Below, piece after piece: positions 9,356 to 19,783 of a stretch of DNA of 42,847 nucleotides. The stretch comes from Promethearchaeota archaeon. Its GTDB lineage: Archaea; Asgardarchaeota; Lokiarchaeia; Sigyniarchaeales; SOKP01. The notes under the pieces are model-generated. The model did no database searches. It was not told the origin of the DNA and worked only from the letters and a program-made list of their open reading frames with translations. Location of the stretch: assembly GCA_048938005.1 (NCBI GenBank), contig JBHLMQ010000026.1, positions 1 to 42,847 of the forward strand. The letters are read 5' to 3'. A program made the translations under genes and the position numbers. The stretch's first letter is position 1, and each line of letters opens with the position of its first letter.

Positions 9356-11157
9356 AAAAGTAGTGCGCCAAATTTTATAAAAGATAAGATAAAACTACCA
9401 ACAATGATAATTAACGTGATTAATCTTAAACTATTAAGTATATTTCTTTTAATTTTTCGTTTTTCATCATACCAGTATTCGTATGAGATTTCGAATAACG
9501 AGCCTTCTTCTAATTTTGTTTGCTCAGGAAGATCTAAAGATATTGTATCTTTGAATCCATCACCAATTTTGTCAATTAAATCATATTTATCTTCAGAAAG
9601 AATTATTTCGCTCTTTTGTTTTACTAATTGATTTTCAATGATTAATTTTACGGAATCTACTTTTTCTACTCTGTATTCTGATAACTCTATATCATTATCA
9701 TCTTTGTTGAATGCAACTTTTTCTGTTTTTTTCTTTTTTTTCTTGTAACTTTCTCCAAAACCCCAATTAAGTAATTCTTTTACGATTCTATCCCCATCGA
9801 ACACTGGTAAAGGGAGTAAATTAAAAATGGTAACACTAAAAGCTACTATAAAGAGCCAAGATATTTCTTTTAACCAAAAATCTGGCCAATAATGTGTAAA
9901 AAATTTTGCTATGGCATTTTTATGCATAAAATATGAAGTAGTATAAATACCAATGGCTACTCCTGTTACACTAATATTCAAAGTGTATGTTTCAGAAACA
10001 GTACTTAAATTAATTGTTTTTAAGTTAAATACTGTAAGAGCTTTCCCTAATGTATCTCCGCTAGTTCGATTGAGAGGAATTCCATTTACTTCTGTTATCG
10101 GTAATCCAACAGTTAAATTTTTATTATAGTTATTTCCTCCTTCACTTTCTGAATATATTCTGGTTATTTGCAGTTCAGTGTCGGATACATATTCATAAAG
10201 GATTCCAAGGTAGTAACGAGGTGCTAGTGTTACATTTTTCTCTGAATAACTATCAGTGGAAGGATTATAAATCCTGAGTGTTACATTATCTCCTATTGAG
10301 CATTTTAAACTAGTTTTATTATCATAGATAGCCGAAAGAGTTCTTCCGGCATAATGATCAAGATAGACATATTCTTCATCTCCTGTTCCTTGTTCTTTCA
10401 TTGCGAGTATTAGATCACCAGCGACGAGTTTTCCTTCATTAAATCCCCCGTCTGTTTCTGGTATTACACTATACACTTGAGAAACTTGCACGTAGAAAGG
10501 AGAGATTATTAGTGGAAAACTTAATAATAGTATAAATGCTACTCCTGCAGTTATACCATTCACATAGGTCCCTGCAGCTGCGATTCGCAATCTTGTATTT
10601 CTATGAAATTTAGTAGAATTTAACTCTCGCTCATTAACTTCAACAAAAGCACCGAATCCAATAATAAAGAAGAGTCCCGCTCCAAGAACGCCAGTTGATT
10701 TAATTTCTACTCCATCAGCGCCAGCAGCAATCCCATGAGAAAATTCATGAGTTGTGAGGATAAATAAAATAGGAAGAATTAGATAAGAAAACATAGGTAG
10801 ATTGATAGTCACACCCGGAATGAGAGGAAATATTGCTTGTTCAATACTAGGATTAATAATTAAATTGATAAAATTTGAAAAGAAGAAATAAAAAGCAAAG
10901 ATTGTAAATCCGAATGAAATAAATATTCCAACAGTCCAAAAATACTTCCAAAATTTTGGAGCTTTCCTTGAGATTTTTTTGATAAAGTTATTTAACCTCT
11001 TTGTTTTAAACATCGCTAAAAGAGGAAAAAAGAGGTAGGCAGCTCCTTTTTTATTTCTTAACAAATAAACTAAAAGTAAAACTATAAGCCAAAATATTAG
11101 CGACAAAACAAACCATGGATTTAAAATAAAATCCAAAATTACATCAAGTAAAGACAT
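9343..11157 (-). CDS. Site-2 protease (M50) with PDZ-like inserts
   Basis: HEFSH zinc motif, GAFVE, AAAG..N, NLLPLPVFDG, multiple transmembrane helices. Confidence 0.92.
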   Translation of the reverse strand: MSLLDVILDFILNPWFVLSLIFWLIVLLLVYLLRNKKGAAYLFFPLLAMFKTKRLNNFIKKISRKAPKFWKYFWTVGIFISFGFTIFAFYFFFSNFINLIINPSIEQAIFPLIPGVTINLPMFSYLILPILFILTTHEFSHGIAAGADGVEIKSTGVLGAGLFFIIGFGAFVEVNERELNSTKFHRNTRLRIAAAGTYVNGITAGVAFILLLSFPLIISPFYVQVSQVYSVIPETDGGFNEGKLVAGDLILAMKEQGTGDEEYVYLDHYAGRTLSAIYDNKTSLKCSIGDNVTLRIYNPSTDSYSEKNVTLAPRYYLGILYEYVSDTELQITRIYSESEGGNNYNKNLTVGLPITEVNGIPLNRTSGDTLGKALTVFNLKTINLSTVSETYTLNISVTGVAIGIYTTSYFMHKNAIAKFFTHYWPDFWLKEISWLFIVAFSVTIFNLLPLPVFDGDRIVKELLNWGFGESYKKKKKKTEKVAFNKDDNDIELSEYRVEKVDSVKLIIENQLVKQKSEIILSEDKYDLIDKIGDGFKDTISLDLPEQTKLEEGSLFEISYEYWYDEKRKIKRNILNSLRLITLIIIVGSFILSFIKFGALLFWIQ

Positions 11158-11355
11158 ATAGTTCCATCAGTTTATTTTCTTTTTTTATAATCTAATTTAA
11201 ATTAGAAGTTAAAGTTATTGGTTAAATTCTAAATTATTTGTTATTCAGAGAATATATGCTATTAAAAAATAGAAAAAGATTAAATTATTAGTTTATAATC
11301 TTATATATATAATTAGTATATATATCATACGAATCAAACCCATAAATACCTTCTT

Positions 11356-11466
11356 AGCGGGGTGGGCTAGCCTGGTTTATGCCGCAGGGCTCATAAGTCG
11401 CAGAACTTATACCCATCTCATAGAGAAACCCTGAGATCGTTCGTTCAAATCGAACCCCCGCTACCA
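11356..11466 (+). tRNA. Initiator tRNA-Met(CAU) with 32-nt intron at 37/38 (11396-11427); CCA encoded
   Basis: AGCGGGG/CCCCGCT acceptor stem (A1-U72), CAGGG/CCCTG anticodon stem with three G-C pairs, CAT anticodon, TTCAAAT T-loop, ends ACCA. Confidence 0.95.
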
Positions 11467-11611
11467 TTTTCTTTTTTTCTCTTTTCTGTAAATTATTTAG
11501 CATTATAAACATTTTGAGAAAGGATGCTTCTTAATATTATCAGCTTAATAGATACTTCTTTATTGAAAAATCGTTTAATTTTAAAATATTAAAATAAGAA
11601 AAAGGTATAAG

Positions 11612-12358
11612 ATGAGTGATAAAATGAGTTTTAAAAGAAATCCTGCAATACAGTGTTGGATAAAACATGTTTTAGAGGGACAATATAATGAAGAGGAGAA
11701 ATTTTTTTATACAATTTTTGGACGAGTTAAGCGTATTAGATGTATTGCCACAATTATTAATAAAAGTGAAAAATTAGTTGAGTCAAATGAAGTAGATATG
11801 AGAATAGAAGAAGATTTTAATTCAAATGTACGACTTGATTTTGATTTAGATGATAGTACTGGAGTGATCAGAGCAATCATAAGAAATATCAACCCAGAAA
11901 ATTTTAAATCATTTAATAAGGGTGATATTGTAGATGTTGTAGGGCGAGCAAGCAAATTTGGAGAATTTGTGTTTTTATGGATAGAAATTCTAAAAAAAGT
12001 AGAAGAACCTAATCTTATTTTATTAAGAAATGCTGAAATAATTGAAAAAATAAAGCATGGAGAAATCCAAGAAATTCCAGAATCAATTAATAAGGGAAAA
12101 AATATTGAAGAATTTTCTGATGAGATAGATGTTGCAACTTTATTCGAAAATGAAGGTGAAGATATTCCTCGCGATGATAAAAAAGAAAAGATTTATTTAA
12201 TAATTGAAGAATATTCTGCCAGGGGTAGCGGAATAAATTTTGAAAAATTGAAGCAAGAAGTAAAACTCTCTGACAATGAATTAAAATCCTATCTCAATGA
12301 CTTAATCTTAGAATCACGTATTTATGAGTCAGATAATGACAATTTTGAAGCATTTTAA
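11612..12358 (+). CDS. RPA2/RPA32-like OB-fold protein with C-terminal winged helix
   Basis: OB-fold pattern (LDDSTGVI, GDIVDVVG), acidic linker, C-terminal wH-like segment (L..L...RIYE). Confidence 0.78.
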   Translation: MSDKMSFKRNPAIQCWIKHVLEGQYNEEEKFFYTIFGRVKRIRCIATIINKSEKLVESNEVDMRIEEDFNSNVRLDFDLDDSTGVIRAIIRNINPENFKSFNKGDIVDVVGRASKFGEFVFLWIEILKKVEEPNLILLRNAEIIEKIKHGEIQEIPESINKGKNIEEFSDEIDVATLFENEGEDIPRDDKKEKIYLIIEEYSARGSGINFEKLKQEVKLSDNELKSYLNDLILESRIYESDNDNFEAF

Positions 12359-12456
12359 TTTAACTTAGTTTTTCCTATTTTTTCTAAGATAAAGGAAAAA
12401 TATTTTTCTCATGGTTGATTTCTTTTTTTATAAGTAATTAAATAGATAATATAATT

Positions 12457-12870
12457 ATGAATTTGAATAACTACGAAAAATTATTAGATAAAGCATATGA
12501 GAAGATTCCTGAAAATGTCAGAAAATTATCGAGATTTGAAATCCCGAAAGTAGAAATACGTATAGAGAGTAGAAATACCTTTATTACAAATTTTAATAAA
12601 ATAATTAGCACGCTTAATAGAGATAAAAATCATTTTAAAGGGATATTTCTTAAAAAAGCAGGGACTATGGGTGAAATTAGAGGGCAGCAGTTATTTTTGA
12701 AAGGACAATATAAGGCTCAAGTGCTAAACAAGTTAATAGAAAATTATACAAAAACTTACGTATTATGTAGTATTTGTAATAAACCTGATACTCAAATTCA
12801 AAGAGAGGGTAAAAAGATTTATTTAAAATGCACTGCTTGTGGAGCAAGAGAAGAAATTAAAGAAAAATAA
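12457..12870 (+). CDS. eif2b: Translation initiation factor 2 beta subunit (aIF2beta)
   Basis: YEKLLDKAY, RFEIP, YVLCSICNKPDT, CTACGA. Confidence 0.96.
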   Translation: MNLNNYEKLLDKAYEKIPENVRKLSRFEIPKVEIRIESRNTFITNFNKIISTLNRDKNHFKGIFLKKAGTMGEIRGQQLFLKGQYKAQVLNKLIENYTKTYVLCSICNKPDTQIQREGKKIYLKCTACGAREEIKEK

Positions 12871-12884
12871 GTAAAAATTACAAA

Positions 12885-13190
12885 TTGAAATTGATGAGAG
12901 TATACCTAAAAGTTCATAACAAGAATGACATTGAAACAGTCGCTTGTTGCGATGAAGGCTTACTGAATAAAGTTTACAAAGAGGGAAATCTAAAAATAGA
13001 AATTTCAAACCAATTTTTTGGAGGGAGATTATTGGATCTCGAAGATGCGATTTTAATATTAAAAGAAGCCACGTTTTTTAATATAGTAGGGGAAAAGATT
13101 ATTAAAAAGGCAGTTGAATGCAAATTGTTACCAAAAGAAGGAGTTAGATTTATTAATGGGATTCCTATGGCTTTAAAGATGATGTTTTAA
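12885..13190 (+). CDS. DUF424 family protein
   Basis: VACCDEGLL, FFGG, NIVG, INGIP; usual neighbour of aIF2beta/NMD3. Confidence 0.88.
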   Translation: MKLMRVYLKVHNKNDIETVACCDEGLLNKVYKEGNLKIEISNQFFGGRLLDLEDAILILKEATFFNIVGEKIIKKAVECKLLPKEGVRFINGIPMALKMMF

Positions 13191-14104
13191 TGCCTAATCG
13201 ATTTTGTGCAATATGTGGAAAAATTTTAGTTGAAAATGATCCTCATTTTGGAATGTGTCTTGAGTGTTATTTAAAAGAACATCCCTTATTCGAATTACCT
13301 CAACAATTTTCTTTAAATATTTGTATTGATTGTGGGAGTTATTCTAAAAAGGATGTGTGGGTAGAGCCATTAGAAAATGAATTATTTTCTATAATTGACC
13401 AAGCTATTCAAAAAATGCTATTAAAACCTTTTATAAAGAGAAATACTATTGACATTTCTATTTCTTTTAATAAAGAGTCTTTTGTATTTTCTTCAAAAGA
13501 CTTGTTGATTTCACTTGAAGTAGCAATCCAAGGTGTTCTAAAAGAAAATTCTAAAATATCACATAAACAAATAATTAAGTTAAATTTAAACCATACATTA
13601 TGTAAAAACTGTACTAATTTAAGAGGAGGAACGTATTTTTTATCAATTATTCAATTACGAGTTAAAGATGAGAAACAATTTGATTTAATTAAAGAGGTTT
13701 TAGAAGAAATTAATGAATATGTAGAAAGGTTTTTTGAAGAAGACCACAGGCAATATATATCAAAAATAGAAGATCAAAAGTATGGAGTAGATTTATTCCT
13801 TAGTACAAATGAATTAATGAATCACTTAATTAAATTTTTAAAGACAAACTACTACTTTTTATTGAAAAGATCAAAAAAACTAGTTGGAAGGGATTCTCAA
13901 AAAGGTAGAAACCTCTATAGATTGAAAACTTTAATAAAATTTCTACCTATTAGGAATAATGATATAATTTCAATTGAGAATCGAAATTATATTGTAGAGA
14001 AAATTACTAAAAACAAAGTTATTCTCAGGAGCGAAAATAACACTAAGTTGATTAAAGACTATTCTTTTTTCTTTAATGAAAAGATAATTAAAAATAATTT
14101 ATAG
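13190..14104 (+). CDS. nmd3: NMD3 family ribosome maturation protein
   Basis: Four CxxC pairs, IIQLR, KLVGRD..KGR motif. Confidence 0.92.
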   Translation: MPNRFCAICGKILVENDPHFGMCLECYLKEHPLFELPQQFSLNICIDCGSYSKKDVWVEPLENELFSIIDQAIQKMLLKPFIKRNTIDISISFNKESFVFSSKDLLISLEVAIQGVLKENSKISHKQIIKLNLNHTLCKNCTNLRGGTYFLSIIQLRVKDEKQFDLIKEVLEEINEYVERFFEEDHRQYISKIEDQKYGVDLFLSTNELMNHLIKFLKTNYYFLLKRSKKLVGRDSQKGRNLYRLKTLIKFLPIRNNDIISIENRNYIVEKITKNKVILRSENNTKLIKDYSFFFNEKIIKNNL

Positions 14105-14964
14105 TGGAAAATTTAGTGGAAGGCCGTAACAATAATATTGAGGAAGATTTTGAGGAACAATCAAATAATGAAGTAGATAAAGATTTTCATACAAATATAG
14201 ATGAGTTACAAAAAAGAAAAGTTGATGCGAAAAGAATCAAGAAGATTGATCAATCAAAAAAAAGAGCAACAATAGAATCTGTCTTTGATGAACGTACAGT
14301 TTTCAATTTAAATAAGTTAATAGTTAATGGGCCATTAGAGCGAGTAGAAGGTATTATTTCTGCTGGAAAAGAAGCAAATATTTATTTAGCGTATGATTTG
14401 AATGGAGAAGAGGTTGCAATCAAAATCTATAAGATTGACAGTAATACTTCAAAATGGATGAGAAATTATATTATCGGAGATCCCAGATTTAAAAAAATTC
14501 CTCGCAATGTTTCAAAAGTTATATTTTTATGGGCAAGTAAAGAATTTAAAAATCTTAAGCGAGCGTATAAAGTAGGTTTAAGTGTTCCGAGACCGATATT
14601 AATTAAGAATAACATTTTAATTATGGAATACGTTGGATTTGAATCTATTCCTGCCCCACTCTTAAAAGATATTAAAAAGCCTAAAGATCCAATTAACCTA
14701 ATGAATGAAATATTAATATTTATAAAAGATTTGTATCAAAAAGCTAAATTGGTTCATGGAGATCTTAGTGAATTTAATATTTTATATCATAATCAAAAAC
14801 CTGTAGTAATAGATATTTCTCAGGCTGTACCGATTCAGCATCCCAAGGCAGAAGTATATTTAGCAAGAGATATTAAGAATATTTTTAACTATTTTGAAAA
14901 ATTAGGAATAGAAACGCCGGATCCTAAAGAGTTTTATTACGAAGTTATAAAGTTTGATAATTAA
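14104..14964 (+). CDS. rio1: RIO1 serine/threonine kinase
   Basis: ISAGKEANIY, AIKIY, YIIGDPRF, WASKEFKNL, VHGDLSEFNIL, IDISQAV. Confidence 0.95.
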   Translation: MENLVEGRNNNIEEDFEEQSNNEVDKDFHTNIDELQKRKVDAKRIKKIDQSKKRATIESVFDERTVFNLNKLIVNGPLERVEGIISAGKEANIYLAYDLNGEEVAIKIYKIDSNTSKWMRNYIIGDPRFKKIPRNVSKVIFLWASKEFKNLKRAYKVGLSVPRPILIKNNILIMEYVGFESIPAPLLKDIKKPKDPINLMNEILIFIKDLYQKAKLVHGDLSEFNILYHNQKPVVIDISQAVPIQHPKAEVYLARDIKNIFNYFEKLGIETPDPKEFYYEVIKFDN

Positions 14965-15007
14965 ACAAACATTTAATAGACACAATTTATTGTATTAAGC
15001 CAATAAA

Positions 15008-15565
15008 ATGAAAATTGGAAAAAATCGCATTGCTGTTCTGATTGGGAAAGATGGAGTAACAAAAAAAGAGATTGAGAAGAAATTAGGAGTTAAAGTTAAT
15101 TTAAATAGTAAAACGGGAGATTGTGAGATTTTACCCCAGCCAGAGAATAGAAATTATATGCCGTTAAATATTTTCACAGCAGAGAAAATAGTAAAGGCGA
15201 TTAATCGAGGTTTTAATCCGATTAAAGCTATGAAATTACTAGAAGAGAATCATGAATTTTTTACTATTAATCTATTAGAATCACTCGGAAAATCTGACAA
15301 GAGAATAAAGCGTATAAAAGGACGAGTAATAGGGAGAAATGGAGAGATGCGTAAAGCTATTGAAAGATATGCTGAGAGTTTTCTGTCGGTTTATGGGAAA
15401 ACAATTTCTATTATAGCAGATTATGACAACTTACAGATTGCAAGAAAAGCAGTAAGAATGTTAATTAATGGAATACCGCATCATGTAGTTTTAAGGTTTT
15501 TAGAAGATAAATATAATGAAAAGAAAAAGGAACAATTTAAAAAATTGTATAAACCTGAATTTTAA
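15008..15565 (+). CDS. KH-domain rRNA processing protein (Pno1/Dim2/Krr1-like)
   Basis: LIGKDG and RIKGRVIGRNG KH motifs, RGF.P..A, GIPH; follows rio1. Confidence 0.92.
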   Translation: MKIGKNRIAVLIGKDGVTKKEIEKKLGVKVNLNSKTGDCEILPQPENRNYMPLNIFTAEKIVKAINRGFNPIKAMKLLEENHEFFTINLLESLGKSDKRIKRIKGRVIGRNGEMRKAIERYAESFLSVYGKTISIIADYDNLQIARKAVRMLINGIPHHVVLRFLEDKYNEKKKEQFKKLYKPEF

Positions 15566-15975
15566 TAATCATTTAAAAACTTATTCTTATAAATTTTTGA
15601 GGCATTTTCTAATAGGTCTTTTCCATATATTAGATCTTTTAAATCTTTAACCAAATCATTTTTATCGTTGATATTATCTACAGAATACAGTTCTTTGTAT
15701 TCTTCCTTGTTATAATTTTTAAGATGGACTTCGAAGCTTTTGATTGAATATGTATTTCTCTCATAGGATTTAAAAATAGTAATATTTCGAGGATATACAT
15801 TTTTTTCCCTTAAGGAAATTGCCCAACCATCAAAATAAAACTCAATTTTAATATCAAAAAATTTCTTCCATTTTTGAATTTCGTTTATAATTTCATTAAT
15901 TTCTGTTTGAGTTTGTAGTGAAAACTTATTTTCCATATGAAAAGATCTATAAAGAAATATAAAAAGGAAGACCAA
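15562..15975 (-). CDS. Hypothetical protein
   Basis: ORF downstream of ftsZ on the same strand with host-like composition. Probable start at the internal Met (MENKF, about 15936). Confidence 0.6.
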   Translation of the reverse strand: MVFLFIFLYRSFHMENKFSLQTQTEINEIINEIQKWKKFFDIKIEFYFDGWAISLREKNVYPRNITIFKSYERNTYSIKSFEVHLKNYNKEEYKELYSVDNINDKNDLVKDLKDLIYGKDLLENASKIYKNKFLNDY

Positions 15976-15983
15976 AAAAATTC

Positions 15984-17093
15984 TTAATCAAAGGCAATCT
16001 CCCCTATATTGAAAACCTCATCAGACAAACCCAGCTTTGAAGTTTTTTTAATTTTGGATTTATAAATAGATTGATTTAAAGTATACCCACTGCCAAATAT
16101 TTGAGGAGATTTAATCCCAGTTATTAAAAGCATAATTCTTATAAGTCCATCAAACTCATCTGAGACTCGAGCGCCCCAAATCACCATTGAATCATTCATG
16201 TCCATTTTTTCAGAAATTCTCTTAGCTACGGAATTTGCTTCTGCTAATGTCATATCATTCCCTCCGCAAATATGAATTAGTGCTCCTTTTGCTCCATCAA
16301 TACTTACATCTAATAAAGGAGTATTAAGTGCATCATTAATAGCATCTTCAACCCGATTTTCTTTTCCACTAGATTCACCAACTCCTACAATTGCTACACC
16401 TCCCGTGCTTAAAATGGTTCTTACATCAGCAAAATCTAGATTTATTAAGGATGGTAACGAAATTGTTTCTGTGATACCTTTAACCATTGTTGCCAATACT
16501 TCATCCGCTACGCTGAAAGCCTCTATAATTGGTAAATTTGGAGCAATTTCGAGTAATCTATTGTTATCGATCACCACTAATGTGTCGACATAACGTTTCA
16601 AAAGGCTTAAACCCATTTTCGCTTTATCAATTCGTCCTATTTCAGTATCAAATGGTAATGTTACTACGCCTACTACTATTGCTCCCTCTAATTTTGCTAT
16701 TTCTGCGATAATAGGAGCACTACCTGTACCAGTTCCTCCGCCCTCTCCACATGTAATAAAAACTAAGTTTGATTCTCGTAAAACTTTCGTCAAATCCTCT
16801 CGAGATTCTTCAGCTGCAGCCCTACCTATATCTGGGTTCCCTCCGGCCCCAAGTCCTTTCGTTAAATTCTTCCCAATTAATATTTTTATATGAGATTCAA
16901 CACTATCTAAATGTTGGCAATCTGTGTTGATAGCTACGCATTTTGCACCCCTTATTCCAATTTTCATTAGTCTATTGATTGTATTATTTCCAGCACCACC
17001 ACAACCCATAATTTTAATGTTAGCATAACCGAAATTTTCTATCTGTGGTCGAATTAATTCTCTTTTCTGTGCGTTTTTTATAAATGATTCCAT
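15984..17093 (-). CDS. ftsZ: Cell division protein FtsZ (FtsZ2-like N-terminus)
   Basis: GCGGAGNN, GLGAGGNP, GGGTGTG, T7 loop LINLDFADV. Confidence 0.96.
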   Translation of the reverse strand: MESFIKNAQKRELIRPQIENFGYANIKIMGCGGAGNNTINRLMKIGIRGAKCVAINTDCQHLDSVESHIKILIGKNLTKGLGAGGNPDIGRAAAEESREDLTKVLRESNLVFITCGEGGGTGTGSAPIIAEIAKLEGAIVVGVVTLPFDTEIGRIDKAKMGLSLLKRYVDTLVVIDNNRLLEIAPNLPIIEAFSVADEVLATMVKGITETISLPSLINLDFADVRTILSTGGVAIVGVGESSGKENRVEDAINDALNTPLLDVSIDGAKGALIHICGGNDMTLAEANSVAKRISEKMDMNDSMVIWGARVSDEFDGLIRIMLLITGIKSPQIFGSGYTLNQSIYKSKIKKTSKLGLSDEVFNIGEIAFD

Positions 17094-17202
17094 TATTAAT
17101 CAAATTTTAATATAATTTGCAAAAAGAATTATAATGAAAAAATTAGAATTAATGTAATATCGAAATGTTACGCAATTAAATTGTCTAAGATTCTTTTTAG
17201 AT

Positions 17203-18423
17203 TCAATTCAATGAAAAATCTTGATCAATTTTAGGATCAAAAATTTGTTTAAAATTATTATCTTTAACAAGAAGGATTTTTGGCAATAAATATGGAAATC
17301 TATTAGAAAAAGTAAGGCAATATGCACCCGTATTAGCAACAAGAACTTTATCACCTTTTCTTAAAGTTTCGGTAAAAAAATAGTCTTTTGCTAAAACATC
17401 TTGGTCTGTGGGCATTATACCCGCAATAGAAGTTTTGTATTTATGGGGTTCATTAATTTGAGAAACATTGTAAAACCTTAATGAGCATCTAGCAAATTTA
17501 GGGCAAATATGATTTCCAATATTTAAAAAGATCCACCGATTCTGTTCAACTTTTACGATCTTTGAAATAAATAAACCAGCATCTCCTATAAAGTATCTTC
17601 CAGGTTCAAAATAGATATTTCTATACCTAATTCCAGATTCCTCTAATGTTCTTTTTATCTCTTTAGCAATGATTTTCAGTTGATTATGTGTCATCACAGT
17701 AGCTTCTGGAAATCCGCCCCCAAGATTAATATTATCGATTTCTATACCATATTCAGATAATAATTTTAAATTATACGCAATTACTTGGATATTTTTTTTA
17801 AATTGTTTAATATCATTCATTTGGGTGCTATAATGAGATAATAATGAATTTATCTTAATATTATTACAATTATTAGAGATTTCTTTTAATTGGCTCAATT
17901 TTCTTTTATCCAATTTAACACCTAATTTACTATCATATTTCTCAGAATTTACTCTAATACAAACATTTTGAAAGTAATTTAATTTTTGAGCAATATTATT
18001 AATCTTTTTTATATCATTTAAGCTATAGATTATTAATTCTTTCACTTTACTTTTGATGCTTAATTCTATAAGCTCTTTTGATAAATATGGACCACCTATT
18101 ATTACCCTATGGGGAGGAAAACCAAGTTTTATTGCTAACTTCAATTCTGGGAGCCCTACAATTTCAGCGCCAATTCCTTCAGAAGATATAATTTTACATA
18201 TTTCTGAAAGAAAATTAGCTTTAAATGAGTAATAACAATGGAAATTTCTGAATTCAGCACTAAAAACATTAGTAAACGTTCTAATGTTATCTCTAATTCT
18301 ATTTTCCAAGAATATAAGTAATGGGGTTTTAAATCTACTAATGATCTCATTAAATGATAATGAATCAATAAAAACTGTATCCTTTTCTTTTTTAAGAAAT
18401 GGATTTCCAGAAATGAGTTTCAT
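17203..18423 (-). CDS. PLP-dependent fold-type III decarboxylase (diaminopimelate/ornithine decarboxylase-like)
   Basis: YSFKAN (PLP lysine), NLGGGF, EPGRY, TGAY. Substrate uncertain. Confidence 0.8.
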   Translation of the reverse strand: MKLISGNPFLKKEKDTVFIDSLSFNEIISRFKTPLLIFLENRIRDNIRTFTNVFSAEFRNFHCYYSFKANFLSEICKIISSEGIGAEIVGLPELKLAIKLGFPPHRVIIGGPYLSKELIELSIKSKVKELIIYSLNDIKKINNIAQKLNYFQNVCIRVNSEKYDSKLGVKLDKRKLSQLKEISNNCNNIKINSLLSHYSTQMNDIKQFKKNIQVIAYNLKLLSEYGIEIDNINLGGGFPEATVMTHNQLKIIAKEIKRTLEESGIRYRNIYFEPGRYFIGDAGLFISKIVKVEQNRWIFLNIGNHICPKFARCSLRFYNVSQINEPHKYKTSIAGIMPTDQDVLAKDYFFTETLRKGDKVLVANTGAYCLTFSNRFPYLLPKILLVKDNNFKQIFDPKIDQDFSLN

Positions 18424-18436
18424 AATTCAATCAGTT

Positions 18437-19732
18437 TTAATTATTAATTAAACTTTCATAAGTTTTATGCGTTTTATATGAAATAATATTCCATGTATAA
18501 TTCTTAGATACTTTTAATTGACCAGCTAAGCCATATTTTTCTCTTAATCTTTTATTTTTTAATAGATAAATGACTTTTTGGGCAATATCTTCGGGATTAT
18601 CAAAGTTAACTAATAATCCATCAACATTTTCTCTGATTACTTCTGGAGTTGCCCCAACTCTTGCACCTATGACAGGTTTTCCTGCGGACCAAGCTTCAAG
18701 AAAGGATATCCCAAAAGCATCGCTGCGACTGGGCATTAAATAAACATCTGCTTCCTTAAATGCGGATATTTTTTTTTTATCAAAATATCCTGTTAAATTT
18801 GATGGAGTGAAATTGATTATCCTAGCATTTTCAAGTTTTTGAATTTTGGATAATTCCTGGTTAAAAGCAATTGTTGATGGACCTATAAAGACAAAGTAGA
18901 CTTTTTTTATTTTTTTAAGAATATAAGGTATTGATCTCAAAATTGTAATCGCACCTTTTTCATAATTCTTATGCCCACAAAATAACACTAATTTGTACTT
19001 TTTTTCTTTTTTATTAAAAAATTTTTGTTTAAATGAAAAGTGTTTCAATGCATACTTTTGCCCAATTTTAAACTTTTCATAATCTACACCCATAGGGATA
19101 ACTCCAACTTTTTCTGGTTGGATATTGCATTTTTGAACTAAAAATTTTTTTTCAAGATTTGTACAAGCAATTAATAAATCAAATTTCTTCAAGATCTCTG
19201 TCAATTTTAAATCAGAATATCGAGGATTAGAAAAGTGGAAAAATGGTGTGCAAATTTTTGGCTTATTAATACAGGTTCCTATTATTAAACTCACGATTAA
19301 ATTGAAATATGGGAAAAAAGTAGCGTGTATTATTTCATAATTTAAATCCGATTTATTTAATAAATAATCTAATAAATCTCCCAAATAAGGTCCATTTTGG
19401 ATAAGTTTTATTACACATTCATCAGGTAAATTTAAGGTTCTATACGCAGGAATCGTCTTCAGTTTATTTAGAATATCATTTTCAGAGATGTCGTAATTGA
19501 TAGAGAATCTATTTATTTCTAGATTATTAACTAAATTGAAATATTTATTATCTTCACGTATTACTTTTCCTTCAGAATTTCTTAAAGCTTTAAAATCTAT
19601 AGCATTTGAGGTATAAACATCTATCTTATAGTTGTATTTTTTAGTTAATATTTCTGCCATACGTTGAAAATAGAATTCAGCCCCAGAAATTGAAGGGAAA
19701 TATCTAGTCGGAAGGTATAATATAGCGGTCAA
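18437..19732 (-). CDS. Glycosyltransferase family 4
   Basis: P..SGAE, IPMGVD, KG, PSRSDAFGISFLEAW..GKPVI. Confidence 0.9.
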   Translation of the reverse strand: MTAILYLPTRYFPSISGAEFYFQRMAEILTKKYNYKIDVYTSNAIDFKALRNSEGKVIREDNKYFNLVNNLEINRFSINYDISENDILNKLKTIPAYRTLNLPDECVIKLIQNGPYLGDLLDYLLNKSDLNYEIIHATFFPYFNLIVSLIIGTCINKPKICTPFFHFSNPRYSDLKLTEILKKFDLLIACTNLEKKFLVQKCNIQPEKVGVIPMGVDYEKFKIGQKYALKHFSFKQKFFNKKEKKYKLVLFCGHKNYEKGAITILRSIPYILKKIKKVYFVFIGPSTIAFNQELSKIQKLENARIINFTPSNLTGYFDKKKISAFKEADVYLMPSRSDAFGISFLEAWSAGKPVIGARVGATPEVIRENVDGLLVNFDNPEDIAQKVIYLLKNKRLREKYGLAGQLKVSKNYTWNIISYKTHKTYESLINN

Positions 19733-19783
19733 TAGTTTAGTGATCTTTTTTATTTAAAAATACTATTATTATATAAGATACAA

